Translations under genes and position numbers: made by a program | The notes under the pieces: model-generated | Told to the model about the DNA's origin: nothing | Seen by the model: the letters and a program-made list of their open reading frames with translations, nothing else | Databases searched by the model: none | Shown here: positions 35,604-43,608 of the stretch, piece after piece | Layout: each line of letters starts with the position of its first letter | Position numbering within the stretch: the first letter of the stretch is position 1 | Origin: Candidatus Sulfotelmatobacter sp. | GTDB lineage: Bacteria > Acidobacteriota > Terriglobia > Terriglobales > Acidobacteriaceae | Direction: 5' to 3' | Length of the DNA stretch: 64,000 nucleotides | NCBI GenBank assembly: GCA_036490405.1 | Contig: DASXDY010000059.1 | Span: forward strand, 10,941 to 74,940

Positions 35604-37019
35604 CTAAGGCAACTTGAAAACGATCGTGATCTCTTTCTGCGTCTCAACCGCCTTCCCATCCAGAACCGCAGGACGATATTTCCATTGCCGCACAGCACTC
35701 TCCGCCGCCAGCGCCAACTGAGCCGGCCCGCTGACCACGCTTACCGTTCGTACGTTTCCGGTGTCGGCGACTGTCGCTTCCAGGGTCACAGACCCGGTAA
35801 TTTTTTGCTTCAGCGCCTGCGCCGGGTACTCCGGTTCCACTTTCCTGATCAGCACGGCTTGAGTGAGTCCCTGAGATACGTTCCCACCAAAAGTGGGAAG
35901 AGCCGCCGGTGCGGAGCCCAGCGCTGGAAAATTTTCCGGCTCGTTCGCAGCTGCAAGCTCCATCGCCGGAGCGGATTCATCGGAGGAACTCGTGGCCGGC
36001 GGGGACGGTGCTGCGCTGGGGTTGCTGGCGGACGAATTCCCGCTGGGGCTGGAAGGAGTTACCTTGTCGGCTTCGGGCGAAATCTCTGCAGCCTTGTGCA
36101 CCAGCCTGCCCGCGGTCTCGCGGTTCGATTCGCGGATGGAAGTTGCCGGCCCGGGACCCGCCTCGGCAATTCGCAGCGGTGACGCGCCCGATGCCTGCGT
36201 CGAAGCTTGCGTGCTGGCGGACTTCGCCGCGGCCGCAGGCGCACTCGACGCGATCTCCGCTCCCGTCTGCCGCCAACTCAAGCCAATGACCAGGCTGACC
36301 AGCAGCACCGCTGCCGCTACCGCTCCGATCAACCAGTACCCGCGTTTAAGAGGGATGACACCGGTTCCGCCCGCCGCCGGGTCTGACTTCGTTACCGCCG
36401 CAACCAGAGGATTGCGCGACTTGGCCGTGGCCGGGGGCTCGAATTGCCGGCGCTCGCGCTCGTAGGCCCGCTCGGCAATCTCTCCCAGCGTCCGCAGCGC
36501 TTCGATCTGCTCTGCCTCGAATGCGCCCATGCGCGAGGAGAACGCTTCCAGAATCCCGACCATCCCCATGCGCCCCCGCAAGGGCACCGCTACGATCGAC
36601 TTCACTCCCAGCCGCTCGCACACTTCAGAATCCACGCGCTGGTCCGTCGCCGTATCCGAGCAGACCAGAATCGCCGCCGCCCGCAGGCATTCCCCCGAAA
36701 TTCCAGAGTCGGTATTGAGCGGGGAGCCCAGTTCGGGAGCGATGTCTCCGCTGCGCGCCCGGCAGACAATCACCCCATTTTGCCGCAGCGCGATCGCGAT
36801 TCCATTTGCGCCGCTGAGCACGCCGGCGGCTTCCGCGAGGGATTCCAGAATCGAATCCGTCGGCTGCGTGCCAACCGCCACCGCCTGGCGAAGAACATCG
36901 AGCAGCGCGAGGTCCTCCCCGCTGCCGATTTCAACCGATGCGGTCGTGTCGCGTGGCGAGGACGAGTCCTCACTTAATAGAACGGAACCAGAACTTGCAG
37001 GAAGCGGCAGATCTCCCAT
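35604..37019 (-). CDS. GAF domain - TM helix - Ala/Ser/Pro linker - TonB C-terminal domain fusion protein
   Basis: N-terminal GAF-like region (GANGIAIAL...VAVPLRGRMGMVGILEAF), TM helix YWLIGAVAAAVLLVSLVIGL, and a C-terminal TonB_C (VEPEYPAQALKQKITGSVTLEATV...). Confidence 0.8.
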   Translation of the reverse strand: MGDLPLPASSGSVLLSEDSSSPRDTTASVEIGSGEDLALLDVLRQAVAVGTQPTDSILESLAEAAGVLSGANGIAIALRQNGVIVCRARSGDIAPELGSPLNTDSGISGECLRAAAILVCSDTATDQRVDSEVCERLGVKSIVAVPLRGRMGMVGILEAFSSRMGAFEAEQIEALRTLGEIAERAYERERRQFEPPATAKSRNPLVAAVTKSDPAAGGTGVIPLKRGYWLIGAVAAAVLLVSLVIGLSWRQTGAEIASSAPAAAAKSASTQASTQASGASPLRIAEAGPGPATSIRESNRETAGRLVHKAAEISPEADKVTPSSPSGNSSASNPSAAPSPPATSSSDESAPAMELAAANEPENFPALGSAPAALPTFGGNVSQGLTQAVLIRKVEPEYPAQALKQKITGSVTLEATVADTGNVRTVSVVSGPAQLALAAESAVRQWKYRPAVLDGKAVETQKEITIVFKLP

Positions 37020-37219
37020 TGCTACTACTCACCAGGAACGAAGATTGGCCAGAGACGAAGCCGCCTTGAAAGGGACGTGGCGAAAAGCGCGATTGCCGTT
37101 AGTGTTTCGCAAAAGCACGGGCATGTCAACGCGAAACCATGTCCTGAAAAGGCACGTTTTTCCCGGCGTCAAAATCGTGAACCACGAAAAGCACGAAACA
37201 TCGCGAAAGGCCTGTCCTG

Positions 37220-37256
37220 CTTCCTTCGTGTACCTCAGTGTCCTCTGTGGTTAAGG
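37220..37256 (+). repeat. repeat family 2 copy
   Basis: CTTCCTTCGTGTACCTCAGTGTCCTCTGTGGTTAAGG, preceded by CACGAAAAGCACGAAAC, which can pair with CTTCGTG. Confidence 0.65.
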
Positions 37257-37415
37257 ATTTTTCGCACCCGTGTCGGCATCGGGTCTCTGCTCTGCCGGAA
37301 AGTCGTGCAAGCAAAGTTCCACGGTGCGAGAAAAGAGCCGCGTCAGAGCCTTTGGTTTGAAATCATGCCATCCCGCCCGCGCTATAATGAATCCAACTTC
37401 CGCTGGGGATGCTTT

Positions 37416-38519
37416 ATGCAGCGTGTGACCGTTGCGACCGGCCTGTTCCTCTCCGTTTTTCTCGCGGCTGTTCTCGTCTGCGCGCAGAACAAGGTCTCGG
37501 CCGGTTCGGCAACCAATCCGCAGGCTTCGGCGCATCAGGGGCCAATTCCTGCTGCCTCCGCACCCAAAATCACCTCCAACGCGCCTCACATGAGCAAGCA
37601 GACGCGCCTGGAAATCATCCGCGACTTTGAAACCCAACTCGTCTACTCGCGCACTCTCTTCCCCATGGGCACCAAGGGCCTCGCGTTGCGCGGCGGTGTC
37701 GTAACTCCCAGCGGCCAGGATTTGCAGCAGCTCCTCGCCCTCTGGGGACCCTCCATCCGTCCCGGCGATCCCGCCCATATTTCCTACGTCCGAATCAAAG
37801 ACGACCACATTCACTTCGATCTCAACGGCGGCGCGGTCCGCCGCAAGAAGTGGTACCAGCACATCGAGGTCTCCGGGACCGGCGGAGCTCCAGTGCCGCT
37901 TTCGAACGATCAGTCCACCGACAATCCTCACGGCAGCTACCTCGATATCTATTTTGAAAAATACGTTCCGGAAATGAGCGCCGCCCAGCTTCGCGACGTC
38001 CTGCTTCCTGTTCTCGACTTCACCGCCCACAACAAAGAGGAAGCCTATCTCGATAGCGTTCCTCCCAAGGTGAAGGAAGCCATCCAGGCGCACCATGTGC
38101 TCGTGGGAATGAACAGCGAGATGGTTGTCCACGCCATGGGCAAGGCTCCGAGGAAGGTCCGGGAGAAAGATGGCGATACGGAATATGAAGAATGGATTTA
38201 CGGCCAGCCGCCCGACGACGTGAACTTCGTTCGTATCGTCGGCGACGAAGTGGTGCGGGTTGAGACCATGAAGATCGGCGGCGAAAAGATCGTCCGCACC
38301 GAGAAAGAAGTCATCCTCGACAATCCCGATAAAGAGGCGGAAGCGAAGAAACAGGAACGGCCCGCGAATGCGCCCAGTTTGCGCCGCCCTGGGGAAGATT
38401 CTGAGGAAGTTCCGAAGCCGGCCGGCGGCATCAATCAGGCTCCGCCCATGTCCCCGGGCGGTGTTCCGCAACCCGGTGGCGGCAGCCCCGGCCCCGGCGA
38501 CGTCATCGGCGGCCGCTAG
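37416..38519 (+). CDS. hypothetical exported protein (367 aa) with a Pro/Gly-rich tail
   Basis: ATG 37416 after GGGGA. Signal peptide MQRVTVATGLFLSVFLAAVLVCAQN. The upstream 113 codons of the track ORF run through a repeat. Confidence 0.65.
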   Translation: MQRVTVATGLFLSVFLAAVLVCAQNKVSAGSATNPQASAHQGPIPAASAPKITSNAPHMSKQTRLEIIRDFETQLVYSRTLFPMGTKGLALRGGVVTPSGQDLQQLLALWGPSIRPGDPAHISYVRIKDDHIHFDLNGGAVRRKKWYQHIEVSGTGGAPVPLSNDQSTDNPHGSYLDIYFEKYVPEMSAAQLRDVLLPVLDFTAHNKEEAYLDSVPPKVKEAIQAHHVLVGMNSEMVVHAMGKAPRKVREKDGDTEYEEWIYGQPPDDVNFVRIVGDEVVRVETMKIGGEKIVRTEKEVILDNPDKEAEAKKQERPANAPSLRRPGEDSEEVPKPAGGINQAPPMSPGGVPQPGGGSPGPGDVIGGR

Positions 38520-38544
38520 CGGAAAGAGAACATTAATTCCGCAC

Positions 38545-38577
38545 CCCTGTTAACACTGCCCGATTCCACTCCGTCTA
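38545..38577 (+). promoter_or_regulatory. candidate ECF-type promoter (CCCTGTTAACACT-N14-CGTCT), copy 1, upstream of the sigma gene
   Basis: The 13-nt box is identical to 40429..40441 with the same spacing to CGTCT. The AAC-N17-CGT geometry resembles ECF promoters. Confidence 0.5.
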
Positions 38578-38592
38578 TGATGGCGTGCGCAC

Positions 38593-39222
38593 ATGCTTTC
38601 GAGCTCAAGAGACAGCGCTGACTCGATGGCCGCAGACCTGGACGTGAACGATCCCAATCGCGCGGCGGTTGAACCTTCCGAAGATGAGGGAATCGTCCAG
38701 GCCGCGCGCGATGGCGACCGAATCGCATTCGGGAGTCTTTATCAGCGTTATGCACGCATGGTGCACGGCGTCCTTCTCGCAAAGGTCCCTTTTGCCGACG
38801 TGGACGATCTCGTTCAGGATACCTTTGTGAGAGCGCTCCGCAACTTGTCGGGACTCCGCGAGAACGGACGTTTCGGCCCATGGCTGGCGGCCATTGCGCG
38901 CAACCTGGCGAACGATCATCATCGCCATGCTGCGCCAATGACTGAACTGGATCACGAAATCGCAGCCTTCGATTCCGGAAGTTCACCGGACACGGAATTG
39001 TCCGCGGCAGGTGTTCTCGACGCCATCAGGATCCTGCCCGATACGTATCGCGAGACGTTGATTCTTCGCCTGGTGGAGGGCATGACCGGCCCCGAGATCG
39101 CTGCGCATACCGGCCTGACTCCTGGCTCGGTGCGCGTGAATCTGCACCGCGGCATGCAGCAACTGCGCGCCAGCCTGAAACTGCGGCCGCAATCAGCCCA
39201 TCGCCGCGAAGGAACGAAGTAG
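38593..39222 (+). CDS. ECF-type RNA polymerase sigma-70 family factor
   Basis: Region 2 (DDLVQDTFVRAL) and region 4 (RETLILRLVEGMTGPEIAAHTGLTPGSVRVNLHRG). Confidence 0.85.
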   Translation: MLSSSRDSADSMAADLDVNDPNRAAVEPSEDEGIVQAARDGDRIAFGSLYQRYARMVHGVLLAKVPFADVDDLVQDTFVRALRNLSGLRENGRFGPWLAAIARNLANDHHRHAAPMTELDHEIAAFDSGSSPDTELSAAGVLDAIRILPDTYRETLILRLVEGMTGPEIAAHTGLTPGSVRVNLHRGMQQLRASLKLRPQSAHRREGTK

Positions 39223-39225
39223 TCC

Positions 39226-40326
39226 ATGGAACACCAAAACGAAAATCCGAATCCGGAGCGGAACGCCGCCCATGACGATTACCTGTGGGATGGATCGGGC
39301 GCACCCGACCCGGATGTCCAGAAACTGGAAGTGCTGCTGAAAGAATTTCGCCATCATCGCCCCGCGCTGTCGCTTCCTGCGCTGTCCGCGGAACCGCGCA
39401 GGTCGTTTTTCCGGCCACGTATTGGATGGCTGCCAGTCCTGGCCGGGGCCACAGCCGCCGCTCTGGTCCTTTGCGCGACTCTTCTTCTCTTGCAGAACGC
39501 ACATTCTCCCGATCAGCAAGCTGGCTGGAGTATTTCATCCGTTGCGGGAACGGCGCGCATCGGAACGAACACCATCAGCGGCGACGTGCCTGCCCGTCTT
39601 GACGTGGGACAGACTCTCGAGACCGGAAATCAGTCGCACGCCAGCCTCAATGCGGAAAATGTCGGCCTGATCGAGTTGGATGCCGGCACCCGTCTCCGCC
39701 TGCTCGCGATGGGCAAAGACCGGCAACGAATTGCGCTCGACCGGGGAACCATCCATGCGCATATCTGGGCGCCGCCGGGCCAATTTATCGTAGATACGCC
39801 CGCAGCCATCACCGTAGACCTCGGCTGTGCCTACACGCTAAAGGTTGATGATTCCGGCGCTGGCATCGTCCGCACCTCGCTGGGCTGGGTTGGCTTTAAG
39901 CTGAACGGCCGCGAAGCGTTCATTCCCGCCGGCGCCGCTTGCGCGACACGTCCGAAGATCGGCCCGGGGACACCCTACTTCGAAAACGCTCCGTCAGCAT
40001 TTCGTGCCGCTCTGGAGCGCTTTGACTTCACCGACAGCGATCCTCAGCAACGTGCTGTGGACCTCAACCTCATTCTCTCTAGCGCTCGTCCGCACGATGC
40101 TCTCACTCTCTGGCATCTGCTCTCACGCGTGGACGCAGGACAGCGCGGTCAGGTGTACGACAAACTCGAGGAACTTGCGCTGCCTCCAGCAGACGTGACC
40201 AAAGACGGCATTCTGCAACTCAACCAGCCCATGCTCGACTCCTGGTGGAATTCTCTCGGCTTCGACGATATTTCGGTATGGCGTCACTGGGAACATTCCT
40301 GGGCCGAAACCTCGCCTGCCAAATAA
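39226..40326 (+). CDS. anti-sigma factor, single TM helix, FecR-like periplasmic domain
   Basis: Starts 4 nt after the sigma stop. TM helix IGWLPVLAGATAAALVLCATLLLL. FecR-like segment GQTLETGNQSHASLNAENVGLIELDAGTRLRL. Confidence 0.75.
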   Translation: MEHQNENPNPERNAAHDDYLWDGSGAPDPDVQKLEVLLKEFRHHRPALSLPALSAEPRRSFFRPRIGWLPVLAGATAAALVLCATLLLLQNAHSPDQQAGWSISSVAGTARIGTNTISGDVPARLDVGQTLETGNQSHASLNAENVGLIELDAGTRLRLLAMGKDRQRIALDRGTIHAHIWAPPGQFIVDTPAAITVDLGCAYTLKVDDSGAGIVRTSLGWVGFKLNGREAFIPAGAACATRPKIGPGTPYFENAPSAFRAALERFDFTDSDPQQRAVDLNLILSSARPHDALTLWHLLSRVDAGQRGQVYDKLEELALPPADVTKDGILQLNQPMLDSWWNSLGFDDISVWRHWEHSWAETSPAK

Positions 40327-40345
40327 TAACTTCCACGAAGCATTT

Positions 40346-40387
40346 GTCATTCCGACAAGCGAGCGAAGCGAGCAAGGAGGAACCTGC
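40346..40387 (+). repeat. repeat family 1 core, expanded copy
   Basis: GTCATTCCGACAAGCGAGCGAAGCGAGCAAGGAGGAACCTGC, preceded by CCACGAAG (40333-40340). Confidence 0.65.
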
Positions 40388-40428
40388 TTCTTGTCTGAAG
40401 CGCCGTGAACCCGGCGCCGAGAACCCAG

Positions 40429-40461
40429 CCCTGTTAACACTCCCCCTCGCAATCTCGTCTC
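40429..40461 (+). promoter_or_regulatory. candidate ECF-type promoter, copy 2, upstream of ORF 40500
   Basis: CCCTGTTAACACT-N14-CGTCTC. An AAGGAG Shine-Dalgarno lies between it and ATG 40500. Confidence 0.5.
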
Positions 40462-40499
40462 TTTGAACGATCCGCAACTCGACACAAGGAGACTCCACA

Positions 40500-41159
40500 A
40501 TGCAATCCCACCGCTGCTCGCACTTCACCATCGCAATCGCTGCGCTCGTACTCAGCTTTTCCAGTGTCGCTTTCGCCGGGCCGCCGCTCATTTGCCATGC
40601 GATCGAAATCGGTCCTGCAAAAACTCTACCGTGGGTCGACCTGAACTACCGGAAGGGAAGCGGCAGTTACGACCTGAACCATCTCACCCGCGACACGTTG
40701 GCGATTCTCGATTCGAACGCCTCGGTGCTTGTGCAGATGGAAACGCTGCGCCGCGCGACCATCTACGCCCGTCAGGACGAACAGATCGCCAAGCAGTTGC
40801 TGGTCCAGCTTCACGCCCGCGCGGATAAGCCCGATGCTAAACCCGATGCTCTATTCGATTTTGGATATCTCGCAGAAGCCTACGAGCAATGGATGATGGG
40901 CAACGGCGAATCCAATCCCGCCCGCGGCGTAGACGGCTACGCTTGGGTCAAGAGAGCGATCGCGCAGAAAGGTTCCGATCCGCAGATGGAGTTTGGGGCT
41001 GCACTGATTACGCTCACCGGTTCTGAAGCCGACCGCAAAGCGCACGTTGCACGGGCAGCGGCGGGAGCGAAGACCGATTCACTCCTGGCCCAGAACATGG
41101 CGGCCATGTTCAACCATCAAACGATTTCCTCGCTCATCACCAATGGAGAGGGAAGATAG
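40500..41159 (+). CDS. hypothetical exported protein (219 aa), putative ECF regulon member
   Basis: Signal peptide IAIAALVLSFSSVAFAG, strong SD. No domain recognised. Confidence 0.65.
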   Translation: MQSHRCSHFTIAIAALVLSFSSVAFAGPPLICHAIEIGPAKTLPWVDLNYRKGSGSYDLNHLTRDTLAILDSNASVLVQMETLRRATIYARQDEQIAKQLLVQLHARADKPDAKPDALFDFGYLAEAYEQWMMGNGESNPARGVDGYAWVKRAIAQKGSDPQMEFGAALITLTGSEADRKAHVARAAAGAKTDSLLAQNMAAMFNHQTISSLITNGEGR

Positions 41160-41206
41160 CGAGAAAGCCACGGATGGGCGGACCTTGCGTCTGCCCATCC
41201 CGAAGT

Positions 41207-42187
41207 TCATTTGGCCACGACGGCCGCTCCCGCATCGGCAAACGAAAACGCCAGCGACACGTTGGAATATTCCCGCCCATCGACTTCCACATACGGGTAG
41301 ACAAAATAATTCAGCGGCTTGCCAGCTTGCGACGGATTTAGTTTCAAATCGCGTCCCATGCTGAACTGCACCCTATTCACATCATGCGAGCCGAAAAAAT
41401 AATCCCGCTTCTCGGGATGCTTCCACGCTTCAGAGATATCCACCGGAATCCAGCCGCGCCCTTCAACGTAAAAGTCAGCCCAGCAGTGATACCCCGCGAT
41501 CTCGGCCGAATGTTTATCGGGCGGCAGTGGAAATCCAATCTCGAAGCGGGCCGGAATTCCCTGCGAGCGGGCCATGGCGATAAACAGCGAGTGAAAGTCC
41601 GTGCAGTTGCCCTTCTTCGCATCGCACGCATACAGCACATCGCCGCGCCCCCAACCGGTGCCCGTCTTGTCATATTTCATGGTCGTGAAAACATAATCGT
41701 AGATGGCGCGCGCCTTGTCGAGCGGATCGGCTTTGCCCTGTGTGACCTTTACCGCGATGTCCGCCGGTACGCCCGTGATCGGCACAAGCGCGTCGGGTTG
41801 CAGATATGCTTTGTCAGGCTTCGCTCGGACGCCCGTATAGACAAGGTTGGAGGCGGGCAGGGCGATCCGCTCGCGGCGAGTGACGTCATAGACGACCTCG
41901 AAGTGAAGCTCTGGTTTGGCAACCCGCGGAGAATCGGCGAAATACATTTCATTTCCGTATTTCGTCTCCCGAGTGCTCTTCAGCGGAAGGTCGCCGGTCG
42001 CGGAGGTCACCGTGACATCCTGAAACGGATCCCCATGCGCCGCGGGAATCCAGACGCGAACCTTCTCTCCCGGAGGCAGATTCTTGACCGTGAATGCGTA
42101 GTGGAACGTAAAGTGGCGTGATTGTTGGGTCAAGCCAGACAGGGTCAGAAAAAACAAAGAGACGATTACACCGAGAGTGCGCGGCAT
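41207..42187 (-). CDS. transglutaminase-like cysteine protease family protein (exported)
   Basis: KKGNCTDFHSLFIAMARSQGIPAR (Cys), GYHCWADFY (His) and GWIPVD (Asp) form the catalytic-triad context. Confidence 0.85.
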   Translation of the reverse strand: MPRTLGVIVSLFFLTLSGLTQQSRHFTFHYAFTVKNLPPGEKVRVWIPAAHGDPFQDVTVTSATGDLPLKSTRETKYGNEMYFADSPRVAKPELHFEVVYDVTRRERIALPASNLVYTGVRAKPDKAYLQPDALVPITGVPADIAVKVTQGKADPLDKARAIYDYVFTTMKYDKTGTGWGRGDVLYACDAKKGNCTDFHSLFIAMARSQGIPARFEIGFPLPPDKHSAEIAGYHCWADFYVEGRGWIPVDISEAWKHPEKRDYFFGSHDVNRVQFSMGRDLKLNPSQAGKPLNYFVYPYVEVDGREYSNVSLAFSFADAGAAVVAK

Positions 42188-42365
42188 AGCGCCATCCTTT
42201 CAAGGTTTTAGCTGAGAACTGAGAACTGCCTTTAAACGACACACGGGCGTTTTAGAGGGAACGCCGTCAAGTAAAGCCGCGCTTTTGGATGCGCATGGAA
42301 GGAAAATTCCTAGTCACTTACGAGCCTTATTCTAAACAGTCCGCAAGCAACGTCAAGGCGCGATG

Positions 42366-42401
42366 CCTTCCTCTGCGTACTCTGTGTCCTCTGGGGCGAA
42401 G
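42366..42401 (+). repeat. repeat family 2 copy (diverged)
   Basis: CCTTCCTCTGCGTACTCTGTGTCCTCTGGGGCGAAG. Confidence 0.5.
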
Positions 42402-42447
42402 ATTTTCCACTCTGCCACACTCGCAGCCCATCCGGTAGAATCTCCCC

Positions 42448-43377
42448 ATGCCGACCGCCATTCAATGCCGCGATCTGCGCAAAACTTACGACGGCAAAGT
42501 CGAAGCCGTGCGTGGCTTGAATCTCGAAATCCAGGCTGGAGAATGCTTCGGCCTGCTCGGTCCCAACGGAGCGGGGAAGACCACGACCATCGAAATCCTC
42601 GAAGGCCTGCTCGCGCCGACCTCGGGCGAAGTCTCGATCCTCGGCCATTCCTGGGAAAAGAATGAGCGCGAGATGCGCGAATGGCTCGGCATCTCGCTAC
42701 AGGAGACGCGGCTCTCGGAAAAACTGAGTGTCCGTGAAACCCTCGAACTCTTCGCCAGCTTCTACCGCGAGCCGCGCTCAACCGACGAAGTCCTGGAAGA
42801 ATTGCAGCTCACCGAGAAAGCCGACGCCTGGGTCGGCAAGCTCTCTGGAGGCCAGCGCCAGCGTCTCGCCGTCGCGACCGCGTTGGTCTGCAATCCGAAG
42901 ATTCTCTTTCTCGACGAGCCCACGACGGGCCTCGATCCGCAAAGCCGCCGCCAGCTCTGGGACCTGATTCGTGGCTTCCAGCGCCATGGCGGCACGGTGC
43001 TATTGACCACACACTACATGGATGAAGCCGAGCGCCTCTGCGACCGCCTCGCCATCGTCGATCACGGCCAGATCATCGCCGAAGGCTCGCCCGCGGATCT
43101 AATCAACCGCCTCGGCGGAAATCATGTCGTGGAATTTTCCGTGGCCGGGTCCGATGGCGCGTCACTCGAAAAATGGAATGGCCTGCCCAGCGTCGAATCC
43201 GTCCGCGAAGAAGAGGGGCTGATCGCCCTCAATGTGAAGCAGCCACACCTGACCATTCCCGCTCTGCTTGAGGCGATCGACAGAGAAGGAGGTCGCTTGC
43301 AGCATCTCTCCACCCGCCAGTGCAGCCTGGAGGACGTGTTCGTGAGCCTGACCGGCCGCCATTTGCGGGAGGAGTAA
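42448..43377 (+). CDS. ABC transporter ATP-binding protein (ABC-2 exporter type)
   Basis: Walker A GPNGAGKTT, signature LSGGQRQR, Walker B ILFLDEPTTGLD. Confidence 0.9.
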   Translation: MPTAIQCRDLRKTYDGKVEAVRGLNLEIQAGECFGLLGPNGAGKTTTIEILEGLLAPTSGEVSILGHSWEKNEREMREWLGISLQETRLSEKLSVRETLELFASFYREPRSTDEVLEELQLTEKADAWVGKLSGGQRQRLAVATALVCNPKILFLDEPTTGLDPQSRRQLWDLIRGFQRHGGTVLLTTHYMDEAERLCDRLAIVDHGQIIAEGSPADLINRLGGNHVVEFSVAGSDGASLEKWNGLPSVESVREEEGLIALNVKQPHLTIPALLEAIDREGGRLQHLSTRQCSLEDVFVSLTGRHLREE

Positions 43378-43458
43378 GACGTAGAAAGATCACGGATCAA
43401 ATCGATCTTGGCCCCGACGAAAAAAAGAATGCAGGCGCGGTCCAGCAGGAGCACAAAA

Positions 43459-43554
43459 CTGTCATCCCGAGCGAAGCGAGGGACCTCGGTCCTCGCCGGC
43501 AGCATCGGGAACGCCGGCGAAAACCCAGGTCCCTCGCTTCGCTCGGGATGACAG
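43459..43554. repeat. perfect 28-bp inverted repeat (family 1 core) with a 40-nt spacer, inside the ABC operon spacer
   Basis: CTGTCATCCCGAGCGAAGCGAGGGACCT (43459-86) and its exact reverse complement (43527-54). Confidence 0.85.
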
Positions 43555-43556
43555 TC

Positions 43557-43605
43557 CAAAATAGTAAGGGGGTAATAACTAGTGCAAAATAGTAAGGGGT
43601 AATAA
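43557..43605 (+). repeat. tandem duplication (period 28) of the permease RBS region
   Basis: CAAAATAGTAAGGGGGTAATAA (43557-78) and CAAAATAGTAAGGGGTAATAA (43585-605). The second ends 3 nt before ATG 43609. Confidence 0.8.
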
Positions 43606-43608
43606 ATC

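Noticed and set aside
37077-37415. Upstream extensions of track ORFs, which start at the longest possible ATG/GTG/TTG: 37077, 49197, 51259, 55565, 59034, 26711..27745, 63792..63896 and 1272.
   Set aside because: The extensions run through intergenic repeats or neighbouring genes. Internal ATGs preceded by SDs and followed by signal peptides or conserved N-termini fit better.
43320-43592. Track ORFs lying entirely within repeats: 43320..43592, 35487..36182 (5' part), 51145..51336, 63002..63190, 14120..14510 and 21602..21883.
   Set aside because: Their reading frames are created by the palindromic or tandem repeats (for example VIPSEARDL and SFRKTLSFRK). The same peptides would appear at every repeat copy.
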